This document shows, in pieces, positions 1 through 12,619 of a stretch of 64,000 bases of DNA. Position numbers and translations under genes: made by a program. The stretch covers positions 295,678,001 through 295,742,000 of the forward strand of contig OZ024741.1 of assembly GCA_964016885.1 (NCBI GenBank). Reading direction: 5' to 3'. Numbering within the stretch: position 1 is the stretch's first letter; every line of letters starts with the position of its first letter. Below the pieces are notes generated by a model. It did no database searches and was not told the DNA's origin. It saw nothing but the letters and a program-made list of their open reading frames with translations. The DNA is from Eledone cirrhosa (lineage: Eukaryota).

Positions 1-256
1 GATGGTGGACACTGAAGGCCAAGCTGCTAAAGCTGGAGAAATGGCAGCTGGAAAAAAATCAGAAATGTCAACTGCTAAAGAGATAAGTTACAAGATACAC
101 CGATAGATTATGCAAAAAAAAATAAAGGGAAATAATGATACAATATAAAAATAAAACATAGGAAAAAAGAAAAATATTGGTTGAAATACATTAATCTCTC
201 TCTCTCTCTTTCTCGCTGTAAGCTTGTAAGTGTATATATATATATATATATATATA

Positions 257-710
257 TGGTGGCTGCCAACTCGTTTTCGAGTACGGCCACTACTTTATAT
301 CCATGTAGGAGAACCCCTACCGATGCGCTGAACGAGTGTGACTTTTTTAGTCCAGCCAGCGACATGAAAACTCCGGTACAAACACTACACTTGTGACACT
401 TATTGACACATAGTGCTGGGCCCATGGTACCATGTGACGACAAGTGCAGAGAGATCTCCAGATATAAAGCAATGCCTGTGCCGTGAAGCTTTTATAGTGA
501 ACAAAGGCACTGCACAAAGCCAGTCCCACTCTCTTAACCAAGATGATATTTACCAAAAAGAAGAACAAGTCAACATCATTGGATACCATCAAGGTTGCAG
601 GTGTTATATCAGAGTTTTCCTTCTCCTAGAATCCTGCCTTGACAAAGGCTAAGGGGTCATCTCTCCCGGTGATTTTGGATGGCCATTGACTCTTAAGAGC
701 TCCTTTGGCG
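257..710 (-). mobile_element. Decayed 3' end of an RTE(BovB-like) LINE inserted in a (TA)n tract
   Basis: Minus-strand residue string CSVCTGVFMSLAGLKKSH resembles the C-terminal C2H2-like knuckle of RTE ORFs; it is followed by a short hairpin tail (CTCG-AAAA-CGAG) abutting (TA)n. Confidence 0.45.
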
Positions 711-766
711 TACATATATATATATATATATATATATATGTACGCCATATATATATATATATATAT

Positions 767-2290
767 AAGCCATGTATAAAGAAACAATCAGCAAGGTTAG
801 AATTAACAAGGAATATAATGAAGAGTTTAGCGTAAAAGTTGGTGTTCATCAGGGCTCCGTCCTTAGCCTCCTCATATTTATTACCGCCCTCCAAGCTATA
901 ACGGAGGAGTTCAAGACCGGCTGCCCATGGGAACTTCTATACGCAGATGATCTAATGCTCATAAACGAATCAATGGCTGAACTAGAGAAGAAATTCCAAA
1001 CATGGAAGCACGGCCTAGAATCAAAAGGCCTTAAAGTTAACTTGTCTAAGACTAAAGTCCTGATATGTAGGAAGGTGAATAAGGCACTGGTCCCATCTGG
1101 GAAATGGCCATGCTCAGTGTGTAGGAAAGGAGTAGGCAGAAACTCCATTTTATGTCCCAAATGCAAAGTATGCGTGCATAAAAGATGTAGTGGGATCACA
1201 GGTAAGCTAACTAAGAATATAGATTTTATATGTGGCCGGTGCTCTGGCGCAATAAGTAGCAGCAAATGCCCACAGAATACTAGCTTATTCCATTGCCCAG
1301 ATGGTTCTATAGAAATAATGGACACCTTCCGTTACCTGGTTGACAAAACCAGCAGTGGTGGAGGGTGCTCTGAAAGTACTGTAGCTAGAGTCCGAACTGG
1401 ATGGAAAAAGTTCAGAGAGCTTATACCACTATTGGCCGCTAAAGGTTTCTCTCTAAAAATAAAAGGCAGTCTGTATGATGCCTGCATACGAACAGCGATG
1501 TTACATGGCAGTGAGACATGGGCCTTGTGTGCAGAGGATATACGCAGACTGGAGAGGAACGAAGCTTGCATGCTCCGTTGGATGTGTAATAGTAATATAC
1601 GCGAACGGCAAAGCATTAATGAACTAAGTGAGAAATTAGGAATAAGAGGGATCAGATGCTGTTTACTCGAGAGAAGACTACGTTGGTATGGTCACGTGAT
1701 GCGCATGAAAGATGACAGCTGTATAAAAAAGTGCAGGGCGATCAAAACAGACGGAAGCTACAGAGTAGGCAGACCCAGAAAAAACCTGGGACGACTTGAT
1801 AAAATTTGACCTCACACACTTACACCTCTCCAAGACAATGTCACTGGACCGATATCTTTGGCGCTACGCAGTAATACAGAAGACCCGCCTTGCCTAAGTA
1901 CAAAGTGTAACCTACAGTCAGTAGGCACCTCTTAACCAAAATACACCCCCGTCCCAACCCTACGCCCACCGCCATCTACACCACCCCTTTCGATGTAAAG
2001 CTATGTTGGTACCACAACATCCAGTCCTAAATAACTGAGGTCATGTAGGTGTCACGACAAAAAAACACACAGCCCACGCTGTCATGTGGCCGTGCAGGTA
2101 ACACGGTAAAAACCTCCCAGTCGACACTGTAAACGTGGTTGGTGTTAGGAAGGGCATCCAGCCGTAGAAAACCTGCCAGACAGTCCTGAGCAAGACAACC
2201 AATCTTGCCTCAAGGGGGACAATTCCCGTCCAGACCCATGCTAGCGTGGAAAATGGACGTTAAGCGACGATGATGATGATGATGATGATG
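767..2290 (+). mobile_element. 5'-truncated RTE LINE: RT C-half, PHD-like finger, 3' UTR and (GAT)n tail
   Basis: ORF 772-1809 has GVHQGSVLS, YADD, CSVC/CPKC/HKRC/CGRC, LHGSETW and LRWYGHVMR; frameshift near 1785; 3' UTR ends in (GAT)n at 2268-2290; starts directly after (TA)n. Confidence 0.95.
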
Positions 2291-2358
2291 TAATGTACAT
2301 ATGTATGTATATATCATTATCATCATTTTCATGTTCATTTCACATGCTAGCAAGGGTT

Positions 2359-2447
<89 letters not shown>

Positions 2448-2649
2448 GGATACATATATATGCAGATGAAAAGAATAATCTTTCTAGTGAGAGCTGTAAC
2501 ACCAACAACTGCTATCAGAGTCATCACAGTAGGTTTCATAGAAACTGGAGGGAAATACATAAATTTACAGTTGTGTCAGTAAATATACCACCAACCTGTG
2601 CTCAGGAATATATTAGACAAGAACAATTGCAGCAGAAAGTTTAGAAAGT

Positions 2650-3330
2650 GTGTGAAATAATATTGGTATTTAGCAGAATTGCTTTAATAATTTTTCTTAG
2701 TTGCGGGAAGTATCTGAAAAGAAGATATAGATTGATTGGCTGCGTGTTCATGTTTCATGGTGAGGAAAGTTTCAGAAGGCATATTTAAACATATAATAAT
2801 GGCTTATTCTCTTACAAATATATTAATACAAGTTGTAGGAGAGTGAAGAGCTGCAAATTAAGGTATAGTTAAGTTGAATGATAAAAATGCAATTTCCTAA
2901 GGAAATCCGGAACATAGATACGCTGTTCTTTAGGTAGGAAGAATGTTGCTGAGCCCTTATCGAGAGGGCCAAAGTTTTTTGGTAAGTGCTACATCTTGCT
3001 AGTTATCGACCAGGAATGCAATTTTTTATGTCTGGTGTCGACGAAGTGAAAACCGCAACTGGTGGGTAGAAGTGAAAAAAGGCGTGAATCAACTGCTGGG
3101 CAGAAGTCATCGTTTGTATCCATACGCCGCCAACCCCCAAGGGCTGGTGAGAGACAAAGCACAACCAAATTATCCCGCAGCTATGAAATAGTGCCGTTTC
3201 TTGCTACAGGTATGAGCTTCGTTGCCTTTTGGAAAGATTTCAATTTGGTTTAAAACTGCTGTATTTCACACGTTTCATTATTAAAAAACTGGTTTTATAA
3301 ATGTCCTGTACATTAAGGATAAAAGGATAA
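2650..3330. mobile_element. Unclassified repeat with 10-bp inverted ends (GTGTGAAATA 2650-2659 / TATTTCACAC 3262-3271), fused to the adjacent SINE
   Basis: Inverted 10-mers seen directly; an internally deleted copy recurs at 11173-11310. Confidence 0.5.
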
Positions 3331-3612
3331 AAATCCCATAACGCCTTGTGGAGTTGTAGAGGCACTGTCACACAGCATGTCTAGGGCACTTTTAAACCTG
3401 GCAGAGCCCAACCCTCTCCGGGTCTAAACGCAGCCGATTTTTCTATAGAGGAAGAATCGACTCCAGTACTGGACTGGTGCTTTTTTTATCGACCTCGAAA
3501 GGATGAAAGGCAAAGTTGATCCTGGCAGGATTTGAACTCAGAGCATGCAATGAGGTAGGACAAATACCGTAAAGCATTCTATCCGACGTCTTAATGACTC
3601 TGCCAATTCACA
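3331..3612 (-). mobile_element. tRNA-derived SINE with Meta-type central domain and (TTTATCC)n-like tail
   Basis: Minus-strand B-box GAGTTCAAATCC and central TTTGCCTTTCATCCTTTCGAGGTCGATAAA; near-identical copy at 11311-11592 and many others in the window. Confidence 0.8.
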
Positions 3613-4064
3613 CAGTATATTATACGTGTATATAAGCTAATTTTCCAAATTTTTAGATGTATATTCCAAGATTTTCAATCAAAACAATTTACTTATTAAA
3701 GGCCATGCCTTGGTAACATATTTTTAGCATGACTGTTAGTAAGACAACTCCTGGGTGCAAATGTGCAATTCTATTTTAGATGCGCAAAAGATTTGTATTA
3801 AAAGCCTTCAAAAGATTAGTCATAAGTAACAATTAGACAGCACTGAGGATGAACTTCTCTTTAAAGAAGATTCTGAGACTTTCCAAAATTAAATTATAAT
3901 ATTACGAAATATTTTTAGGCATTAAAGAAAGCAACACTGAGGAAGAGTGATATAAGAGTTTTCTTCCATTGCAATAATTTTCTTTTTAATCATGAAACTT
4001 ATGGGGATTTTCCACAAAATTTGTTTAATCACTTTATTTCTTTATTTGCCTGTTTTATATACAA

Positions 4065-4660
4065 CTAGCAGTGGTACCCGGCGTTGCACAGGATAAGGTA
4101 TTTTGGAATGCGAGCCACCAACAGATCTAATCGTAGAAAAAACTGCATGCTTGGACAATATATGAAGAAAATAAACCGAATACTCTGATGGTTGGATAAT
4201 CTTTAAGATTTTCCTCGATGAAGCAGGAAAAATGCAGGTTTTCACCTAATGCGGGCCTTAGGGGATCAAGAAAATGAATTTTTTTTATGTGCATAATATG
4301 CCTTGAAATTTCGGGAAAATCGGCTAGATGTAACACATCAAAAAAGCCCTAAAAAGCTGAAAAAAATGAAGTTTTTCACCTAATGCGGTCCCTCGGCCAT
4401 AAAAAAGTTGGATTTTCTTTGCTTACGGTATGAAGAAGAGACTGACTAATACATAGTTACAATTTCAAGGAAATCGGTCTGACGTAACGCCTCAAAAGAC
4501 CCCTAAAAAGCTGAAAAAACGCAGTTTTTCACCTAATGCGGGCCCTAGGGATCAAAAGATTGAATTTTTTATGTGCATAACACTCCCTGAAACATAAGTA
4601 ATACACATGTAAAGTTTGAAAAAAATCGGTTGGGTACTTCTCAAGTTTTAGGGATTCAAA

Positions 4661-4697
<37 letters not shown>

Positions 4698-4726
4698 ACA
4701 CACATCCTCAGTTTTATATATATAGA
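4065..4726 (-). mobile_element. Non-autonomous Helitron
   Basis: Minus strand starts 5'-TC (TCTATATATATAAAA) and ends CTAG-3' with a subterminal GC hairpin (CCTGTGCAACGCCGGG); inserted between A and T; internal ~140-bp tandem units marked by TTTTCACCTAATGCGG and a (CA)n tract. Confidence 0.75.
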
Positions 4727-5634
4727 TAATGTATGTGATGACAACATTCCTAGTAAAAGAAACTAAAAAAAATTATGTTTAGCCTTTAATATCTTTAAAT
4801 TATATTTTTTTGCAAAAAATTTTCTCTTCAAATTAAGAGTGTGCATTGTATGTGCATATGCATTATACACCGTGAAATTTATAATTAGAGTCAAGGAATT
4901 GGTTGAAGCCAGAAAGTTTCTGCTGAAAACTCTTGTGTAGAGCTGCAAAATGATTAATAGGAGTCACTATCACTGATCTATCCTGGGACATCGATATGGT
5001 TTGTCTTTTAATGGCTTAGTTAGGGGAGGGCAGGGCAGCCTCAATGACCTTCTCTGCAAAGCTTTTGAAATGAATAAGAGGAAAGGGAGAAAGTCAGAAG
5101 TTATCTTCAAACTGGAGAACTGGTTTGTATCATTCTTATGTCTTTCTCTCAGCTTGTTTGTGCTTTGATGTTTATGCATAGATTACTCATTCAGCAGATC
5201 ATACCCAGGGCTGGATTTAATGGAGAGCAAAGGGGGTAAATGTCCCAGGCCCACTGTAGCAGTGAGGGTCACCAGCAACAACTGTAGCAATTTATTTGTA
5301 CCCTTTGCTGGGCTTTTTAATTTGACAATGAGTACTATATTTTTAACAAAAAGTATTTAATGTCCTTACTGTGGCAAAATTCATCAAATTTTCACAACTT
5401 TAGAAAAATCAGGCTGTTATCAAAACAATATTCTAATAAAAAGTATTTGATGCCGCTGTGTAAAGTGGTTGTGCTGGTATCGCAAAAACAATGCACCCAG
5501 TAAACACTCTAAAGTAGTTATGTTAGGAAGGGCATCAACCATAGGAATCATGCCAAATATGTAATGTATGGCAAGATGAGGTCGTCGTCGTCGTCGTCGT
5601 CCCCCCCCCCCCCCCGATATGTCTTCTTGCCTGC

Positions 5635-5900
5635 TGAAGGTGCATGGCCTAATGGTTAGGATGCAATCATAATGTCATCGGTTTGAAATCTACATTGTGT
5701 TCTTGAGCAAAACACTTTATTTCACTTTGCTTCAGTACACTCAGCTGAGATGCATACTAGAAGTAGCTGAGGAGTTACATCTGTAATGGACAGGCATCCT
5801 ATCCAGAGAGAGTCTTGTACTCTTGGTTGTTTAGTGCCAAGGAAATCAGAGAATAAGCACCGGCCTGATGAGCCTTCAACTTAGAACAGACTTTAACTTT
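5635..5900 (+). mobile_element. Decayed tRNA-derived CORE-type SINE
   Basis: A-box-like TGGCCTAATGG and CORE-like CTTGAGCAAAACACTTTATTTCAC; similar to 23422-23560 and 46960-47250. Confidence 0.6.
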
Positions 5901-6427
5901 CTTTCCTGCTAAGTAAAGTTTACTTTGAGGCCTGTTAATTTTCACCTTTGCTCCCACATTTGGATATTCTTCTCTAAATATGCAACAGATTTCACCATGA
6001 AAGCTATGTTGTCAGCATATAGTTCTCATAGGGAGCCAATCATAAATTCCTACGTTTATGAACTATGTTTTAAAGCCATTTTTCTTAGGGGTTAATTTAG
6101 TGAACCCCATGAAAGGCTTCATACTCACCAAGGGGTCCTTTTTGATATAATGTTTTACAGCAAGATGCACTCCCTGCCACCAATCACTTTAGTTAGTTGC
6201 CTGTTACAACGTGTAGGGATACACTGTACCTATATGAAACCAGATGCAGACACACACACGATGTGTGTGTGTGTGTGTCTGCATCTGTGTGTGTTTGAAT
6301 ATATATATATATAAATGTATACATATCCAGGGAGTGTAACACGGAGTTACTGTAGGTTCACCCAGGTGAGCACTCAATGTTTAGGTTCACGCCAGTGGCG
6401 AGGTATAGAGCTACACAGAGTGTAATA

Positions 6428-6665
6428 TAATAATACAAGGATTAATGGTTACTCCTTCATTATGTTTATTGGTTGGTGACACGCGTTTCACTACTGATCA
6501 GCTCATGGTTCGATCTGTATCGATCTGGCACAACTCTGGAATCAAAAACTCATCAGACCTCTGTCATTACCACTACACAGGTCCGACAAGCTTTTGATTC
6601 CAGAGCTGATCAGTAGTGAAATAAACGTAATGAAGGAGTAACCAATCATCTTTGTATTATTATAT
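6428..6665. mobile_element. Fold-back Penelope-type pLTR mini-element
   Basis: Inverted arms ~6428-6504 / 6603-6662 plus nested arms 6534-6548 / 6591-6605; contains a hammerhead motif; right end abuts (TA)n. Confidence 0.7.
6475..6559 (-). ncRNA. Type-I hammerhead ribozyme motif with long stem II
   Basis: GGT-CTGATGA-(~60-nt stem II region)-GAAAC-GCGT-GTC-ACC; palindromic ACGCGT stem III, GUC cleavage triplet, stem I GGT/ACC. Confidence 0.75.
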
Positions 6666-6671
6666 ATATAT

Positions 6672-7310
6672 ATTTGTTTTGCGAGGTTTTTGATATGAAA
6701 TCGTGTGTCGAAACAAATATTGTTATACTTGGGGAGGGTCATATTGTTGTAATAATATTGCCAGAATTAATAACAGAACACACTCACTGTTTGGTTGGTT
6801 TTCGCTTCTGTATCTTTTATACAAACAATACTGACCTAAGAGAAATATAAATAAATAAATAAATATATACACAAGCACAATAACAACAAACATTTAAGCA
6901 CACACTAGTAAACTAAGATAGAATACAGTCACCCAAACGCGAACACGCCCAAACACTATACACACACGCAAACGCATGCGCAGAGAAGAAGACAAAAAAT
7001 AAATAAATAAATAAACAGATTAAATAAAGATGGCGTAAATATACAATACAACAGGAGGAACATAATAGCACCACTGACGATGTTGCAGATGTGCAACGAA
7101 AGAATTTTGTAAGACTATATATATGTGTTTATATCTATATTATATCTGTATTGTTGACCGTTGGTCAGTCAATGGTAAACATTGAGGACCAAATGAATTA
7201 ACTGAAATAAAAGATACAGAAGCGAAAACCAACCAAAAGTGAGTGTGTTCTGTTATTAATTCTGCAATATTATTACAACAATATGACCCTCCCCAAGTAT
7301 AACAATATGT
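6672..7310 (+). mobile_element. Penelope-type pLTR mini-element with ~100-bp inverted ends
   Basis: 6716-6820 is the reverse complement of 7207-7308; hammerhead motif at 7072; flanked by (TA)n on both sides; relatives at 15339-15505 and 58030-58470. Confidence 0.7.
7072..7109 (+). ncRNA. Minimal hammerhead ribozyme motif
   Basis: CA-CTGACGA-T-GTTGCA(GATG)TGCAAC-GAAAG-AA-TTT-TG; perfect 6-bp stem II, weak stems I and III; homologous to 58165-58208. Confidence 0.55.
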
Positions 7311-7318
7311 ATATATAT

Positions 7319-7945
<627 letters not shown>

Positions 7946-7946
<1 letters not shown>

Positions 7947-8175
7947 GAGTTGAGATGGAGGGTCTGTGGTTTAAACCACAGACCCTCCATCTCAACTCAC
8001 CTCTTGAAAAGCAGAAGAACTGCGAAACCGGTAAAGGAACCAAATAAATATATATATTTTAAAAAAAAATAAGACTCCTGTTGCATTTTCGATTTCATCT
8101 CTTTTTCTTTATACTTTCACTCGTGTAGGACACCTCGGTTATTTTTCATTTTGTAAAAAAAACCTCACTTTCTAA
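7946..8175 (+). mobile_element. Penelope-type pLTR fragment beginning with a perfect 54-bp palindrome
   Basis: Perfect palindrome 7946-7999, hammerhead at 8000-8037, AATAAA at ~8043, tail ends at (TA)n; reverse complement of 14980-15180. Confidence 0.75.
8000..8037 (+). ncRNA. Minimal hammerhead motif, U3-A8 core covariant
   Basis: CCTC-TTGAAAA-GCAG(AAGAA)CTGC-GAAAC-CG-GTA-AAGG; ACCGGT palindromic stem III, GUA triplet. Confidence 0.65.
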
Positions 8176-8217
8176 TATATATATATATATTTATATATAT
8201 ATATATTTATATATATA

Positions 8218-8253
<36 letters not shown>

Positions 8254-8610
8254 ACCAGTACTCTGAATGTTCCGATCATGGAAATGAAATATATTCAATA
8301 TTAAATGGATAATTTAGAATGTTGGAAGTGTATTAACATCACACTGGGCTGTGGTCAACACTTTCTCACTTACCTGGAATAATTTAAAATGTTGCTTTGA
8401 GCTAGCAGTTCTTGGTGTAAATACTCAGGGAATACTGGTGTAAATACTGGTGTAAATACCAAAGAAATACTAGCAGAATTGAATAACTGTGATGTCAATG
8501 GATTTTCCTTACTACAGAACCCAGTAAAATGACAATTCAATAAATTTAATTTCTTAGTGGTATAGTAATAATGCATATTTATGCATATTTATGCATAAAT
8601 ATAAATCAAG

Positions 8611-8960
8611 ATGGTGGATGGGTGCTACACGAGAATGCTGAGGATAGCTCTGAACATTAATCAGTATACACTGAGGATGAAAAACTCAGAGCTGTATGGG
8701 AGCCTCCCAAAAGTCAGCTCAAAAGTGACACAGAGGAGATTGAGGTTAGCTGGACATGCTCACCGACATTCAGAGTTGACATTGCACTCAGTGCTCCTGT
8801 GGGAGCCCCTACATGGACACACTGGAAGAGGAAAACCAAGGTTAACGTATGTTGATGCTCTAAGGACAGACACTGGTCTGTTGGAGATGCAGGACATGGC
8901 AGCGATAATGAGGGACAGAGACCGCTAGAGAGAACTCGTCCATGGGTCTCGGGAATTTTA
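8611..8960 (+). mobile_element. 3' fragment of a second RTE family
   Basis: DGCYTRMLRIALNI...RRLRLAGH...GRGKPRLTYVD is typical of the RTE ORF C-terminus. Confidence 0.8.
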
Positions 8961-9279
8961 CATGCCCTAGAAAAAATATATATAGTATATTGTATATATA
9001 CCAAATACATATACTATGGAAGAATATGTACACAGGGGGAATCATAACCTTATAACACTATTTCATACTTGGACAGTGTAGCTCAAAATCAATCTGTGTA
9101 ATCGATCATCGAAAAAATCAATCATCGAAGACAAATTATCGATTATAATTAAACCACATGAGACTCAGTTACTCTTCAAAGGTTAGTCTCACCATTCTAA
9201 GAGAAATATAGAATGAAGATCCATAGCGATGTCCAACACAACCGTCAAGCTGAGAAGCACATGGTGAAATCATATATAT

Positions 9280-9720
9280 ATAATACAGTATATAGAGAAG
9301 AAAACACAAAAAGGGTTTATATTTTCATTTACAAGGGGTAGAGAACCACTATAGTGAAGGATATAAGGTCTACGAAAAGTGGAGAAAATACATAATAATT
9401 AAGAGGTAAAATTAAAATGTAAAACACCCACCTTTATAACTATACACACCAGTGTGTATAGTTATAAACACCATAATAATTAAGAGGTAAAATTAAAATG
9501 TAAAACACCCACCTTTATAACTATACACACTGGTGTGTATAGTTATAAAGGTGGGTGTTTTACATTTTAATTTTACCTCTTAATTATTATGTATTTTCTC
9601 CACTATAGTGGTTCTCTACCCCTTGTAAATGAAAATATAAACCCTTTTTGTGTTTTCTCTACCCCTTGTAAATGAAAATATAAACCCTTTTTGTGTTTTC
9701 TTCTCTATATACTGTATTAT
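9280..9720. repeat. Nested fold-back palindrome with internal duplications
   Basis: Outer arms 9280-9350 / 9602-9720; centres ACACAC-ca-GTGTGT (9450) and ACACAC-tg-GTGTGT (9531); direct duplications inside; starts at (TA)n. Confidence 0.85.
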
Positions 9721-9879
9721 TGAGAGTTCAGTAATTTATTCCTTGAGCTCATAAAATTGAGTCTTTAACTCAGTTTTTTTCAATTATATATATAACATAG
9801 TACCCTCATGGAAAGAGGTGAAGAGGGTGTCCCAAGATGAACTGCTGGCAGACAATCAACCGGGACCTGAAACCTATTA

Positions 9880-10165
9880 ACAAAAGATGGAATGAATAAG
9901 AACAGGCTGAAAAAAGTTTAGGGAGCTACTGCATCTATTGACAACAAAAAGATTTTCTCTATGAGTAAAGGGTAGATTGTATAATGCCTCTGTGAGCAGT
10001 ACGACGTTGCATGTCAGTGAAACATGGGCCGTAAATGCAGAGGCTTGAGAAAAATGAAGCAAGTATGCTCCATTGGATGAGTTATGTTATTGGATATGAA
10101 CAACAGTGTATGGATGAACATAAAAGATGTAATGTGCAAGAGAGAAGACTGTACTGCTATGGTAT
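9880..10165 (+). mobile_element. Decayed RTE fragment
   Basis: Homologous to RTGWKKFRELL...ETWA of the intact copy, with stops. Confidence 0.7.
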
Positions 10166-10550
10166 TAAGTATATATATAGCAAACTATTAAATATTTATA
10201 TAATCATCAGTTAAATAACCAACACAGCAGACATCAACAACACAGTGAAATTGTAGATTAAAACAACAATATCAAAAACAAGATGTGTTACTGTGTACAG
10301 GTGAGTTTAGAAATCTTGAAAGTCTATATTTAGTTGACCACCCTTATTAAAGATTGTCTTCTTCAAAGAAGCATGCTGTGTCTCACCTATAAAGTTAGCT
10401 TATAAAAATATCACCAAGCTGTGTGTGTCTATATTTATATGTATTTGTGTGTATGTGCGGATACAAATGTGAGTCTGGATGTGCATATCCCATTACAAGA
10501 TGTTTTTATATTTCATTCTCTTTTTCTCTTTGTCTCTCACTCACACTCTT

Positions 10551-10643
<93 letters not shown>

Positions 10644-11007
10644 TTTTCTATCTCCAAACACATATAAATATTTATGTATATCTACATATCATTTTTATTA
10701 AGAGCAATAGCTACTCAATGGCCCAGAGTTTTAAGTGAATGTATTTCTCACTCACACACACAAACACACACATACATACACACACACACACACACACGTA
10801 ATCATCATCATTTTTATGTCAGCTTTTCCTCTACAGACAGAGGCCCTTTCTGACACCAACTCTTCTTTTAGAATAAGATACCAATGTTTGCACCTGAAAC
10901 AGGGTGAGGGATGGTAAATCTAGTCTATATCTTTGCAAGGTTTGATGTATATACACACAATGTACTAGTGTCCTTTGTATAATCAAAAATGTATTTATTG
11001 TTGCTAT

Positions 11008-11624
11008 CAGGGCTGGATTAAGACTTTAAAAAGCCCTAAGCACTGAAGAGATTATAGTGCCCCCATATACTGTAAATGGAATAAAATCCCATGTACTTTA
11101 CTGGATAAAATCTGTATGGGCTCCTCCATATTTGTGACCCTTAACCAGAATTTATTTTATAAAGGATAAAGGGTGTGAAATAATATTGGTATGAACTTCA
11201 TTGCCTTTGGGAAAGATTTCAATTTGGTTTAAAACTGCTGTATTTCACATGTTTCATTATTAAAAAACTGGTCTTATAAATGTCCTCTACATTAAGGATA
11301 AAAGGATAAAGATCCCATAACTCCTTGTGGAGTTGTAGAGGCACTGTCATACAACATGTCTAGGGCACTTTTAAACCTGGTGGAGCCCAACCCTCTCCAG
11401 GTCTAAACGCAGTCGATTTTTCTATATAGGAAGAATCGACCCAGTACTGGACTGGTACTTTTTTTATTGACCTCGAAAGGATGAAAGGCAAAGTTGATCC
11501 CAGTGGCATTTGAACTCAGAGCACACAATGACATAGGACTAATATCGTAAAGCATTCTATCTGACAGCTGAACGACTCTGCCAATTCACCACATTTATTT
11601 TACTTAATGTTTAATCCAAGGCTG
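11008..11624. mobile_element. hAT-like MITE interrupted by a composite SINE
   Basis: TIRs CAGGGCTGGATTAA / TTAATCCAAGGCTG; 8-bp flanks GTTGCTAT / GATGCTGT (6/8 match). Confidence 0.6.
11160..11592 (-). mobile_element. Meta-type SINE plus 3' extension, inserted as one unit
   Basis: 10-bp TSD ATTTATTTTA at 11150-11159 and 11593-11602; matches 2650-3612 minus 544 bp. Confidence 0.75.
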
Positions 11625-12279
11625 GATGCTGTTGTTATTTAGTCCTTTCCCAAATTTTGGTCTTGATTAAGCAGACTTATTATCAAAGGCAATAAGTATT
11701 GTAATTTGAGGGAGATTTAACTACTATTTCTAGCAGGTAAAGCAACTATGTAATGACCTTTCTTATTGACTTGGTGTAAATCAATAATTATAATTGTTGT
11801 TGTTGTTCAGCTTCAGGTTAGCTCTCTTTCAAGCAGTTGTATGATCAAAAAGCATTCCTGCCATGACCATCTCATCATGGTGTCCATTGGGGCTTTGGGT
11901 TATGTATAAGAACTAAGGAAGGATCCAGTCTCCTTGAGTTCTGTGATAACAATGATCTGACTATTTGCAACACTAACCATCCAGCCAACTGATCCCCTAT
12001 ATATGCCAGCCTAAAAAGCCAGGTACACCTTATAATATACTGCTAGATGCAACTCACTATTTTCAAGGCCACTTCGATGATCCGATACTTCTTCTCCCAC
12101 AGTGATATAACACGCACCACACACACACACACACACTCCTATCAACACCTCCACAGCAATGATGCCATGATGAAAAGTACACGGTCTGCACTCTAAAGTG
12201 GTAGTGCTGGTGTCACAACAAAAGCCGGTCTGCCCTGCAAGGTGGAAATGCTGGAGACATAATAACATTTTTGCAGTAC

Positions 12280-12560
12280 ATACTGTAAAGTGATTGGCAT
12301 TAGGAAGAGCATGCAGCCATAGAAACCATGCTCCCAGTACACACTATAAAGTGGTTGGTGCTAGGAAGGGCATCCAGCCATAGAAACCATGCTCCAAGTA
12401 CAAGCTGTAAAGTGGTTGGTATTAGGAAGGGCATCTAGCCATAGAAACCAAGAAACCATGCTCCCAGTATAGACTGTAAAATGGTTGGAAGGGCATCCAG
12501 CCATAGAAAGAAAGCCGAAAATTGGAAGTATGTGCAAGACATGGTCACCTGACTAGTCTA
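12280..12560 (+). repeat. About four tandem ~57-bp copies of the RTE 3'-UTR segment
   Basis: Repeated CTGTAAAGTGGTTGG..AGGAAGGGCATCCAGCCATAGAAACC. Confidence 0.8.
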
Positions 12561-12619
12561 ACCACAGTATGTTATAACCACACCTATTTTAAATGTTAAA
12601 ACCACTACCACCACCACCA

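Noticed and set aside
1-5100. Short open frames after acceptor-like sites at 1-75, 2490-2546 and 4970-5070 (minus strand)
   Set aside because: No consistent exon chain or domain; needs RNA-seq
5860-5895. CCTGATGAGCC motif
   Set aside because: Part of a SINE 3' tail; no GAAA core half
8374-8520. Minus-strand candidate exon with strong donor CAG|GTAAGT
   Set aside because: No recognisable protein and no linked exons; cannot support a host gene
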